From: a virus
Lineage: Duplodnaviria > Caudoviricetes
Length of the DNA: 64,000 nucleotides
Strand: one strand, 5' to 3'
Virus record (IMG/VR): IMGVR_UViG_3300021425_003324
Coordinates: 1-64,000 of that record
Shown: positions 1-8,944 of the stretch, one piece after another
How the letters are laid out: the number at the start of each line of letters is the position of its first letter
Position numbering within the stretch: the first letter of the stretch is position 1
Translations under genes and position numbers: made by a program
Notes under the pieces: generated by a model
Databases searched by the model: none
What the model was told of the DNA's origin: nothing
The model's input: only the letters and a program-made list of their open reading frames with translations

Positions 1-181
1 AACTAAATTGCCAGTCACCGCAGCCGTAATCTAAAACAGAATTAATATTTTCATCGGCTAAAATGCTTAGTAAACTTTGTCTATACTCTTCAGAATTTTT
101 TACACTAGATCCAGGTCCAGAACCAGTACCCCAATAGTTATTTTTATATATACTAGAAAATATATTTTCTAAATTTTTCAT
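1..181 (-). CDS. Class I SAM-dependent methyltransferase, N-terminal part (runs off window; not in ORF track)
   Basis: Manual translation from ATG at 181: MKNLENIFSSIYKNNYWGTGSGPGS...SVLDYGCGDWQFS; the VLDYGCG motif I binds SAM. Confidence 0.8.
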   Translation of the reverse strand, partial: MKNLENIFSSIYKNNYWGTGSGPGSSVKNSEEYRQSLLSILADENINSVLDYGCGDWQFS

Positions 182-1015
182 CTAACCTACAAAGGCTTTC
201 TCTACTACATAATCACCCGGAGTTCCTGTGTTACCTTCTGCAAATCCATTTGCGTCCAGTATACGTTTTAAGTCTTCATTAAATTCCATGCTGCCGCAAA
301 GCATTACACGATCATGTTGAGGATCCATTTCTCCTAGTAATACTTTATCATCGATAAGTTCTGTAATACGTTTCTGATATCCAATATACAATTCATCTCT
401 AGTTACAATAGGAAATAGATTTAAATCGTATCCTGTTAGGTCTGCTCTATATGCTTTAAGCTCGTCCTGCTCTCTAACACTCCATGCTACATTAACTTCT
501 GCGAAAACATTAAAAATATCTTTCTGTCTTACTAGGCTCATAAAAGGTGCAATACCTGTTCCTGTTGCAAGTAACCAAAGCCTGCGACCTGGCTTTAGGT
601 TTTCTAATAACAGGGTGCCTGTTGCCTTAGCGCCTACTTCAACTGTATCACCAGGCTGAATATTTTTTAGCCTTGAAGTAAGTGCTCCGTCAGGCACCTT
701 GATCGAATAAAATTCTAAATAGTTATCTCCTGGGGAACTGGTAATTGAATATGCCCTGCGTACCTTATCACCGAGTCCAATCATTACAAACTCACCTGCT
801 TTAAATGTGTAGTCTACTGGTTTGTCTGTAACAAATCTAAACAGTGTATCAGTATAGTGCTGTACTTCTCTAACCATTACAACATGTTTATCGTTTTTTG
901 GTTTTTCAGCAACTTGTTCTGCTTGCAGTATTAATAGTTCTGCTTGCCACTCTGCTTCTGATAAAGCATGCCATCCTCTACAAAAATCTGGACTTCGTCC
1001 GCATCCACACGCCAT
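182..1015 (-). CDS. fpr: Ferredoxin-NADP+ reductase with N-terminal CDGSH-like Cys/His motif
   Basis: RAYS FAD motif, ATGTGIAPF, MLCGS, C-terminal VEKAFVG typical of bacterial Fpr; N-terminus CGCGRSPDFCRGWH. Confidence 0.85.
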   Translation of the reverse strand: MACGCGRSPDFCRGWHALSEAEWQAELLILQAEQVAEKPKNDKHVVMVREVQHYTDTLFRFVTDKPVDYTFKAGEFVMIGLGDKVRRAYSITSSPGDNYLEFYSIKVPDGALTSRLKNIQPGDTVEVGAKATGTLLLENLKPGRRLWLLATGTGIAPFMSLVRQKDIFNVFAEVNVAWSVREQDELKAYRADLTGYDLNLFPIVTRDELYIGYQKRITELIDDKVLLGEMDPQHDRVMLCGSMEFNEDLKRILDANGFAEGNTGTPGDYVVEKAFVG

Positions 1016-1024
1016 AGTTCTCCT

Positions 1025-2452
1025 TTAGTCTGTTTCAGTGTTTAGGTTATTTAAGAATTCTTTAAGTTTAGTACTGTCAGTTTTGGCTCGTATCTTACCT
1101 ACTGTATCTCCTTCTGCAGGATCCTCTCTCACGGTTTCCTGTTGTGTTTGTGCAGTCCTTTTAATCTGGTCAAACACTGTGCTCTTACGTTTGTTAAATT
1201 CTTGATAGTCTTCGTCTTCATTCATATCACGTATACGCAGATTGTCAATATCAAACTCTAGATCTACCTTACTACCAACACCGCTCGAGTTACGTGTTTT
1301 CATTAGCTGTATCTGATATCTACCACGCTCTCGCATTGCCCTGCTGGTAAAGATACCTATAACATTATCTGCAGTTTGTATCTTACTAAGCCCGCCGGAT
1401 ATGTGCGAATGATCAAACTCTATCTCTTCTACGCTTGCCCTGTTCAACTGACTAGCTGTAACAAACAGTGTGTTAGTTTCCATTGCCAAGTTACGTAGTT
1501 CCTCACTTACGTACTTGTCCTTAACAAACAAGTTCTCTGCTGATATACGTTTAGCAATAGGCATCATTAGATCTAAATAATCAACAAGTATCACTTCAAT
1601 CTTACGTCCTGTCTTAACTTCAAACTCTTTAATGTAACTACGTAGATCATTTGCAGTCTTACCACTTGGCATATACTTGACTTGGAAAGCACCAGACTTC
1701 TTACCTATCATCCTCACTTTCATTTCCACATCGTCTATGCTTTTAAATATCTCTCTGCTGGGTATGTCTGTAACCATACTGTCAAGTCTCATGCTTACAA
1801 TATTTTCACTAAGCTCAAATGTTAAGTACAGCACATTCAGTCCTGCAAGTGCCCAGTTTACTCCTAGATTGGCTAAGAACAAACTCTTACCTGCACCACT
1901 GCCTCCTGCAAATATATTAAGCTCTCCCCTGTTAAATCCTCCAAACAGTTTCTTATCTAGCGTAGCCCAGCCTGTACTAACCTGTCCGTTACGACTTTTT
2001 ATTTCTTCTAGCCTTGTACGTGGATCTCTCCAATAGTCTGTTCCTAGATCTTTCTGTAATCCTATCTGTACTGCTCGTTTAACTAGATCTTCAACAGGTC
2101 CATACTCTCCTTTTTCTAGTAAGTCTGCTGACTTGAGGATTGCATCTTCTAATGCTTTATGCCTACTAAATGTTTCAAACTCCTGTAGCAGCCAATCATA
2201 GTGTTGCTCTTGTAGTTCTCCTGGATTCTTTAGATCACATTTAGCTGCAGCATTAATCATGTCAAACGTAGGCAATGCGTTATGCTCTGCTACATAATCC
2301 TTTAGGAATTCTGCAGCAGGTTGCAAACGCCTATCAAACGTTTTAGGTTCAAATACACCTTGACATCTTACATAGCTTTCAGCATCTGTAAGGAACATCT
2401 CAAGATATACTTTTTGTATATCGTAACCGTAGTCTACATTTTGTCTTGACAT
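1025..2452 (-). CDS. DnaB-like replicative helicase (T4 gp41-like)
   Basis: Walker A GGSGAGKS, VDYLD Walker B, TASQLNR, KTR motif. Confidence 0.92.
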   Translation of the reverse strand: MSRQNVDYGYDIQKVYLEMFLTDAESYVRCQGVFEPKTFDRRLQPAAEFLKDYVAEHNALPTFDMINAAAKCDLKNPGELQEQHYDWLLQEFETFSRHKALEDAILKSADLLEKGEYGPVEDLVKRAVQIGLQKDLGTDYWRDPRTRLEEIKSRNGQVSTGWATLDKKLFGGFNRGELNIFAGGSGAGKSLFLANLGVNWALAGLNVLYLTFELSENIVSMRLDSMVTDIPSREIFKSIDDVEMKVRMIGKKSGAFQVKYMPSGKTANDLRSYIKEFEVKTGRKIEVILVDYLDLMMPIAKRISAENLFVKDKYVSEELRNLAMETNTLFVTASQLNRASVEEIEFDHSHISGGLSKIQTADNVIGIFTSRAMRERGRYQIQLMKTRNSSGVGSKVDLEFDIDNLRIRDMNEDEDYQEFNKRKSTVFDQIKRTAQTQQETVREDPAEGDTVGKIRAKTDSTKLKEFLNNLNTETD

Positions 2453-2851
2453 TTATTTTTTGTTTGGCATTGTAAAAAGTGCATTTACTGCATTTTCAGT
2501 TGGCTTACGTGCAAATACACACCATTGCAGTACTTCTTCGTTTGGATAGTTTTCTGCTACATAATCTCGGAAGCTCTTGCCTGTTGTGTACACATCGTCT
2601 ACTACAAGCACAGGGTCGTCTATGTTCTGTGTACCGTACTTATCTAGTGCCTTGCCTAGTGCTACGCCACCTCTGGGTATACCTACGGCAGCTCTCCAGT
2701 TACGAGGCTCAAACTCTCGAATAATGTGTGCAAGTGCAACCCATTCATCTGGTGATATAGCATCACACTCAATTTTCCATGTAAGTGGCAAGCCTGCATG
2801 GCTAATAAAATTTATCTTTTGGAATAAGTCTATGTTAATGTTTTTATTCAT
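2453..2851 (-). CDS. Type I phosphoribosyltransferase (orotate PRTase-like)
   Basis: GIPRGG and VLVVDDVYTTGKS PRPP-binding loop. Confidence 0.85.
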   Translation of the reverse strand: MNKNINIDLFQKINFISHAGLPLTWKIECDAISPDEWVALAHIIREFEPRNWRAAVGIPRGGVALGKALDKYGTQNIDDPVLVVDDVYTTGKSFRDYVAENYPNEEVLQWCVFARKPTENAVNALFTMPNKK

Positions 2852-4371
2852 GAAAATACCTTTACATTGTATAGTTTACTAAATTCTTGTGCATCTGTCA
2901 ATGTGTTTACTATGGGTTTGCCTTTTATATTGAGGCTTGTGTTTAACAGCATAGGACAGCCTGTTAATTCGTACCATCTTTCCAACAACGCTCTAAAACC
3001 TGGGTGATCCTGCTTTGTAACTGTTTGAACTCTGCTGGTTCCGTCTGCGTGGACAATTGCAGGGTATCGTTCAGGATCCTTACAATGTGCCGTGTACTGC
3101 ATATAACGTCCGAAGGGCGGCTCAAATAAACTGGATGCGTGTTCTGCAAGGACTGCAGGTGCGAAGGGACGGAACTTCTGTCTACGTTTAATGGCATTGA
3201 CTTTATCTTTAATATCCATACGCTGAGGGTCAGCAAGAAGGCTGCGAGCGCCAAGGCTACGAGGACCGAACTCGGCTCTTCCTGACGCAACCCCTGCAAT
3301 ACCTGTTTGCATAAGTTCATTAACGATTTCATCTACTGGATATTCTCCTTCTATCTCATAACCTAAATACGGTCCTGGCCATTCTATGTGTGTGCCTCTG
3401 TGTGCAAGTACTGCTCCTATGCAACTGCCTGCATCACCTGGATTAGGCATTATCCAGATATTATCTGCACCATTCCAGTGTTCAACTATCTTGCTGTTAG
3501 CACTGCAATTTAATGCACATCCGCCCATAAACACTAGGTTACTGCTAGCGTATGTCCTAGCTACAGCCTTACTTATCTTAGTTAATATGTGCTCATATGC
3601 CCATTGTGTTCCTGCTGCTATGTCATATGCCCATTGTGTAAACTCTTGCTTACCGTCTACGATATTAAATGCAATCTTAGTAGGCTCCCACCACATGCAC
3701 CCTCTATGTAGATTATGCCTAAGTTGGAAGTTAGGAAGGAGATTAAAAATATTTAAATGATTAGGAAACTGTTCCCAAAAATCGTTTAATATTGTTTCAC
3801 CATACTTACTGGCATCACCATATGCTGCCATGCCCATAAGTATATATTCTTCTTCATTCGGCTTTAGTCCAATGCGTTGTGTCATTGCACTATACCAAAT
3901 ACCTATGCTGTTCGGATAGTTCCAGGTACGCTTACAGGTTAATTTATCGTATTCACCTTCCCATACACTTAGTGTATTCCATTCTCCTATTGCATCTATA
4001 ACTAGCACAGTTGCATGATCAAACCCACTAGTATAATATCCAGCTGCTGCATGTGAACAATGATGACCTACTGTCGACACAGGCGCTGTTAATCCAAAAG
4101 ATTCTAAATATTTTTTTATACGGTTCTTGTTTAATAAATCTCTTTGTCCAGCATACAACTGCCTTGTAGTTTTTAGTAAAGGTTTCTCGTACCAAATGAT
4201 CCTATCAGGCTCTCCCCATTGCAGCGAATAGTCAACAATACTAGGATTTAAGTGTGCATCATTTTTTTTATGGCTAAATCTTTCTGTATGACTTGCAAAT
4301 TCTATTTTGTCGTTGTTATGCACACTAATTGCAGCGTCATGGCTGTTAGCACTTATTCCCCATGTAATCAT
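2848..4371 (-). CDS. Carbamoyltransferase, CmcH/NodU/TobZ family (copy 1)
   Basis: HDAA, ERFS, HHCSHAA, GGCALN, EFGPRSLG, FRPFAP, LLNTSLN. Confidence 0.93.
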   Translation of the reverse strand: MITWGISANSHDAAISVHNNDKIEFASHTERFSHKKNDAHLNPSIVDYSLQWGEPDRIIWYEKPLLKTTRQLYAGQRDLLNKNRIKKYLESFGLTAPVSTVGHHCSHAAAGYYTSGFDHATVLVIDAIGEWNTLSVWEGEYDKLTCKRTWNYPNSIGIWYSAMTQRIGLKPNEEEYILMGMAAYGDASKYGETILNDFWEQFPNHLNIFNLLPNFQLRHNLHRGCMWWEPTKIAFNIVDGKQEFTQWAYDIAAGTQWAYEHILTKISKAVARTYASSNLVFMGGCALNCSANSKIVEHWNGADNIWIMPNPGDAGSCIGAVLAHRGTHIEWPGPYLGYEIEGEYPVDEIVNELMQTGIAGVASGRAEFGPRSLGARSLLADPQRMDIKDKVNAIKRRQKFRPFAPAVLAEHASSLFEPPFGRYMQYTAHCKDPERYPAIVHADGTSRVQTVTKQDHPGFRALLERWYELTGCPMLLNTSLNIKGKPIVNTLTDAQEFSKLYNVKVFS

Positions 4372-4506
4372 TTAATCATAGATAAAAGGATCTCTTTTTC
4401 TTAATTCTTTCATTTTTTTTCTAAATTCAATTTCATCTTTTATCCAATAAAAAGGATAAGATATCCAAAACCAAAGTTCTTTTAATTTTTCTTTTAACCA
4501 AACCAT
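4372..4506 (-). CDS. 44-aa small protein not in ORF track (MVWLKEKLKELWFWISYPFYWIKDEIEFRKKMKELRKRDPFIYD)
   Basis: Manual translation; start overlaps the primase 3' end and the stop abuts the carbamoyltransferase ATG, filling the gap exactly. Confidence 0.75.
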   Translation of the reverse strand: MVWLKEKLKELWFWISYPFYWIKDEIEFRKKMKELRKRDPFIYD

Positions 4507-5477
4507 TTTTTTGCTCTTAATTTTATTTTTAAACTAGAATTACATCTAGAAGTAATAATGCTGTATAGAGTAAGCATTCTACCGTATTTATTTACAGCAT
4601 CACCTACATCATTTATATTTTTATCCCAATCAGGGAAACTTATGCTCCATCCTAAAGATAATGCTTGGTCTATCAATTTTTTTCCAGCTTTATCTCTATC
4701 TGGAATAACAATTTTCTCAGTGTTATAAGAATTTAATAAATTACATTGATATTCTGAAATTTCAGATCCTAATATACTTGTAGCTCCTATTAATAATGCA
4801 TCTATAGGACCTTCGCAAATTATAGTAAAAGAATAATCATTTTGTTGTGCATCTAATCCAAATACATAACCTGGTTGAGAATTTGTTAAGTATTTTGGAT
4901 GTTTATCTGCAATTGTTCTTGCTGTATATCCTACAAGTTTAGTATTATAGTAAAAAGGAATTATTAATCTATTTTTTAAACCTACATTATCACAGCAATA
5001 AAAACTACTGTCTTCAAATTGAAGATTTCTATTTGATATATATTCTATTATTTTAAGAATATTAGAATTAACATTTTGTACTTCGTTTATTAGAATAGCA
5101 TTATTAGGAAGCGTAATTTCTTTAAAAGAAGGTAAGACTGTTTGTATTTGTAATTTAGTTACATTGTTTGTTTCTTGTTTTAATAATTCTAATGATAGTT
5201 TTTTAATTATATTGTCAGGTACATTTAACCATTCTAAAAATTTTTTAAATTTTAAAGATAAACTTTTTGCACCTTGCCAACTGCACTTAAAACCGCAGTT
5301 AAAGCAATGATAACTAACACCGCCATCATTATTAATAATTAATCCGCCTCTTCCACGTTTATCTGTTGTTTGTCCATTGTGATGACAACACGGAGCATTA
5401 AAACTTATCCAGCCACTAGGTGTTGTTTTTTTCTTTGCAGGTAGATATGCAGATACAATATTAGATACAATGCTCAT
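4494..5477 (-). CDS. DNA primase (T4 gp61-like; Zn finger + TOPRIM)
   Basis: N-terminal PCCHH...YHCFNCG Zn finger; RLIIPF..GYTAR..KY; CEGPIDA; PDRDKAG. Confidence 0.88.
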   Translation of the reverse strand: MSIVSNIVSAYLPAKKKTTPSGWISFNAPCCHHNGQTTDKRGRGGLIINNDGGVSYHCFNCGFKCSWQGAKSLSLKFKKFLEWLNVPDNIIKKLSLELLKQETNNVTKLQIQTVLPSFKEITLPNNAILINEVQNVNSNILKIIEYISNRNLQFEDSSFYCCDNVGLKNRLIIPFYYNTKLVGYTARTIADKHPKYLTNSQPGYVFGLDAQQNDYSFTIICEGPIDALLIGATSILGSEISEYQCNLLNSYNTEKIVIPDRDKAGKKLIDQALSLGWSISFPDWDKNINDVGDAVNKYGRMLTLYSIITSRCNSSLKIKLRAKKWFG

Positions 5478-5483
5478 ACATTA

Positions 5484-5512
5484 ATTATAGCAAAGTAGCA
5501 GTAGATTGTCAA
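5484..5512 (-). promoter_or_regulatory. Consensus sigma70 early promoter TTGACA-N17-TATAAT with extended -10 TG
   Basis: TTGACA at 5512-5507, TATAAT at 5489-5484, preceded by TGC; 6 nt from the primase ATG. Confidence 0.85.
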
Positions 5513-5514
5513 GA

Positions 5515-5892
5515 TTAATGATTTAATTTTACGCTGTTTACTGATCCATCAGTCCACGAACTAACCAAACATCTTACCCACACGAAGTTACCGGTAAAGT
5601 TATACATCTTGCTACTAGTTTCATTTATAATGTATTCAACAAAATTAGATGTAGTATTATCTGTAACATCTGTTATGTTAACCGTAAACCAATCTTCGTC
5701 TGCAGGATCGGTAGCTAGTGATGCTTGTATTTCCACTTTACCTAAGAATCCTGTGAGCACAACTTGTACGGTATGGAAGCCATCTGCTCGACCATAATAA
5801 CCATCGCCTTTAAATTTTTCACTTGTAATAGTTTGTTCTGAACTGTCTCCCGGGTGCGTCTGGGTTGCTATAATAGTTTCACTTGTTGCCAT
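5515..5892 (-). CDS. Hypothetical beta-rich protein, probably structural
   Basis: ORF with GGA RBS; resembles the C-terminal domain of the upstream ORF. Confidence 0.65.
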   Translation of the reverse strand: MATSETIIATQTHPGDSSEQTITSEKFKGDGYYGRADGFHTVQVVLTGFLGKVEIQASLATDPADEDWFTVNITDVTDNTTSNFVEYIINETSSKMYNFTGNFVWVRCLVSSWTDGSVNSVKLNH

Positions 5893-5900
5893 ACCTATTC

Positions 5901-6665
5901 CTAATTCCTTACTAAAATTTTTGTTACGGTATCATTTGGTGATGCAGTTGTCTTAAATCGTAAGTAGTTGTATACGCCTCTAAAATTAAAATAAGCAGGC
6001 ATTGTTTCTGTACCATCAAATGTTATCGTGTTTATCGGTGCCCAACTGGTATCTTCATTAATGTTTACATCAAGTGTAGCTTCTAGTGTTGCATCACCTA
6101 CATAATTGTTTGTATATATTGCTGCTGTATGTAAGGCTTCATTACCGTTGAGAGCAGGTTCTGCTGATATGGCCTCACTAATCCATTCTGTATTGTCTTG
6201 TACAAAAGTAGATACAGTGTGCGGTTCTGCTGGTCCTGGAAATGCATAATCGTCAACAAACAGTGTGGCATTGTTATCAAAATTACTATCTGCAAAGGTT
6301 AAATGATTATCACCTGCTAAATCTGTAAGATAGATATTGTAACGTAAGTACTGTCTTTTAATGTTTAATAAATCATTTTCTGTAATGTTAATCTCAAATT
6401 TACCTTTAGCTCCATCTTGTACAGTGCCTACTCTTCTTATTACTTGTCTTTTTGTTTCGTCAAATGCAACAAACGTAGGCATATAATCAGTTATATCCAT
6501 TGCTTTTTGATCTGCATTAACTATTTTAAATTGTATTTTATTGTCAATACCTCGGTAGGCTTTTATCTGTCTACTATACACTGGCATGTACTCCGTGTCA
6601 AATCCTGTTTCATTTGTTACAATTGTAATTGTATTATTTACTAAATATCTTGGTATAAGTTGCAT
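5901..6665 (-). CDS. Hypothetical virion protein (BppU-like N-terminal domain); start likely MQLIPRY at 6665
   Basis: Pattern YRGIDNKIQF..N.DQK..DIT...G.F.I.I resembles baseplate upper-protein domains; ATAAATA motif 4 nt upstream of 6665. Confidence 0.6.
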   Translation of the reverse strand: MQLIPRYLVNNTITIVTNETGFDTEYMPVYSRQIKAYRGIDNKIQFKIVNADQKAMDITDYMPTFVAFDETKRQVIRRVGTVQDGAKGKFEINITENDLLNIKRQYLRYNIYLTDLAGDNHLTFADSNFDNNATLFVDDYAFPGPAEPHTVSTFVQDNTEWISEAISAEPALNGNEALHTAAIYTNNYVGDATLEATLDVNINEDTSWAPINTITFDGTETMPAYFNFRGVYNYLRFKTTASPNDTVTKILVRN

Positions 6666-6696
6666 ATTATATTTATTAGAAAGAATACTATTATTA

Positions 6697-7068
6697 ATGC
6701 TACGTAAAGATATAGAAGAAAAGTATCCATTCATAACTATTATTCAATATGGTGGTAAAGAATTTGTAGGTATTGTAGTAAATCAAGATCAAAATATCAC
6801 TACTTTATTAGAGTATTCATTACTTAGAAATATTCAAGATAAAAAATTGTTAGTGGATCTTGGTGAAATATGGTGGATGGAAAGTAATCGTATGATTCCG
6901 ATTACAATTTTTTTAAAGGAAGATATTGATCCATTAAAATATGCGCTACGGAATTTAAATACAAAGGATGTTAATGTTATTTTAGGACCAACTGTAAATT
7001 TAACAAATTTGCATGCAAAAAGGGTAAAAAGGAAAAGTATACAAATGATTAGGAAAGCAAAAAAATAA
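6697..7068 (+). CDS. Hypothetical protein; start likely MLRKDIEEKYPF at 6697
   Basis: Globular composition with WWMESNRMIPI; this start avoids overlap with the divergent gene. Confidence 0.7.
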   Translation: MLRKDIEEKYPFITIIQYGGKEFVGIVVNQDQNITTLLEYSLLRNIQDKKLLVDLGEIWWMESNRMIPITIFLKEDIDPLKYALRNLNTKDVNVILGPTVNLTNLHAKRVKRKSIQMIRKAKK

Positions 7069-7148
7069 TTATTTTTGTAACCATATGTTATTAGGACCAA
7101 CATCATACTCTATTTCACATTTTTGCAATGCTGTATGGAAGTGGATTT

Positions 7149-7715
7149 TTAATTTTTGCCATTTAAATTTTCACAAATTAAATTCATGTGTACAATAATT
7201 GCAACAGCATACGATATTGCATGAGCTTTTTTAAAATAATATTTATTGTCCTCTGGTTTAGTCCATACTTCTGATAGTATAGTATTCCAATCTTCATTTA
7301 TTAGATATCTCTTTGCAGGTCTAATTATAGCAAGTAAAGCAGCCAGTTGTTCTATGTTTTTAGGTTTAAGTTTTATACAAATTTCTGAATGTCCTGATAA
7401 ATGGAAAAGTAAATCAACAAATTCTTTGTGTTCAAGTAATTCCCATAAAGGTTCTTTGTTCATTAAATTAATCAAATGTTCTTCGTCTTTTACATCTTTA
7501 TAAATTGAAACATTAAGGAAATCTAACTTAAAGTAACCTCTTTCCTCTGCTTCTTTGTAGGGTATTGTTGATTGATTTGTAATTGGGTCGAAAGGAATTT
7601 TTGTTATATATATTCCTGTATTATGTTTTTTTGTACCATCTAAACTAGCATTAGTATAATCTATTAATTCTAATGCATCATTTCTATTTGCAAAATCAAT
7701 ATCAATATCGGGCAT
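7149..7715 (-). CDS. Minimal DNA polymerase III alpha (DnaE)-like catalytic core
   Basis: MPDIDIDF, HNTG, FKLDFLN, LAIIRP, FKKAHAISYA match the C-family palm/fingers motifs. Confidence 0.85.
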   Translation of the reverse strand: MPDIDIDFANRNDALELIDYTNASLDGTKKHNTGIYITKIPFDPITNQSTIPYKEAEERGYFKLDFLNVSIYKDVKDEEHLINLMNKEPLWELLEHKEFVDLLFHLSGHSEICIKLKPKNIEQLAALLAIIRPAKRYLINEDWNTILSEVWTKPEDNKYYFKKAHAISYAVAIIVHMNLICENLNGKN

Positions 7716-7718
7716 AAT

Positions 7719-8243
7719 TTACTCACAGCATTCGCAAAAACCGTTACCATGTAAATTTTTATTCATTTTGTAAGCTTTTTTCTTTGCCATTTTCCATTTA
7801 AGCGGGGATACTCTATCATTAAAAGTAATACCTTGCAAATGATCCCATTCATGTAAAAAGACCTTAACACTATAATCTTTTAAATGATTTCTCTTTAATT
7901 CTAAATTTTCATCATAATATTCAACTAAAATTTCTTTTGGCCGCCGAACTTGTACAAAAACATTTGGAAAACTTAAACATCCTTCTATGTCTATAACAGA
8001 TTCTTCTGTGTGTTGTAGAACAGTTGGGTTAATAAGTAGTGAGCTATTGTCTTTGGTATCTCCCATTACAAATAATTGTGCATCTAGTCCAACTTGATTT
8101 GCAGACAACCCAATGCCATTATTAGTCAACATAAATTCTACCATTTCATTTTTTAATTCAACTGGATCAAAATCTACGTTATCAATGTTTACATCTGCAA
8201 CTTTTTTTGTAAGGAATTCGTCTGGATAATATACAAGTTTCAT
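7719..8243 (-). CDS. def: Peptide deformylase
   Basis: GIGLSANQVG, EGCLS, HEWDH motifs. Confidence 0.95.
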   Translation of the reverse strand: MKLVYYPDEFLTKKVADVNIDNVDFDPVELKNEMVEFMLTNNGIGLSANQVGLDAQLFVMGDTKDNSSLLINPTVLQHTEESVIDIEGCLSFPNVFVQVRRPKEILVEYYDENLELKRNHLKDYSVKVFLHEWDHLQGITFNDRVSPLKWKMAKKKAYKMNKNLHGNGFCECCE

Positions 8244-8944
8244 AGTCTACTTTCTTTAATAATTTGTTTTGCTAATTCTAAATCTTTTGTTTGTCTTTTA
8301 AATTTTAATGCCCAGTGTTCAGGATCAACAATATGATATATCATTTTTAATTGCTCTTCATTAAATTTATCAAGCATTTGTTTTCCGCTTGTGCTATTTA
8401 AAACAACCCATGGAGAAATTTTTCCATCTTTAATATGATATACAGCTCTATTAGTGCTTACTAAATTAAAGTAATGATTCCATACAGCCGGTGGATTTTC
8501 TTTTGCCCATTCAGTCATTGTAAGTACACTACGCTCTAGTGCTGTAGTTACATCTTCTTTTTTAATAAGTTCTATTGCGTAACGTTCGTATAATTCTTCC
8601 TTGCACCATTGCTCTAACTTCACACCACTTGTAACAACATAGTCAACATACCTTTCTGGATATAGTGGTTTAACATTGTTAAGGAAACTACCAAATTTTA
8701 CAAAGCTGTTGTAGTAAGGGCTTTTACAAAATTCTTCATATGTCTTATCCTTCTTAGAGCCCATACTACGTTTGTAAAATTGATTAAATGCATAAAAGCC
8801 TAACTGTACCCTTTTCTCATCTCGCTGTAACGCTCTGCGTTTCTTTTCGCATAAATGTGCAAAAAGTGTTTTTTCTCGTGTGTATGATGTGTTACAGTAT
8901 TCGCAGGTATACTTAGAGTTTGATGTCAAGCGCATGATCCTCAA
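8240..8944 (-). CDS. Hypothetical protein with N-terminal Zn finger
   Basis: YTCEYCNTSY...HLC; true start may be a few codons downstream. Confidence 0.65.
   Translation of the reverse strand: MRIMRLTSNSKYTCEYCNTSYTREKTLFAHLCEKKRRALQRDEKRVQLGFYAFNQFYKRSMGSKKDKTYEEFCKSPYYNSFVKFGSFLNNVKPLYPERYVDYVVTSGVKLEQWCKEELYERYAIELIKKEDVTTALERSVLTMTEWAKENPPAVWNHYFNLVSTNRAVYHIKDGKISPWVVLNSTSGKQMLDKFNEEQLKMIYHIVDPEHWALKFKRQTKDLELAKQIIKESRL

Noticed and set aside
7066-7162. Possible small ORF downstream of mini-DnaE
   Set aside because: The ATG frame closes after 15 codons, and the longer open frame has no start
7719-8243. Peptide deformylase as a novelty
   Set aside because: A known auxiliary gene of aquatic T4-like phages
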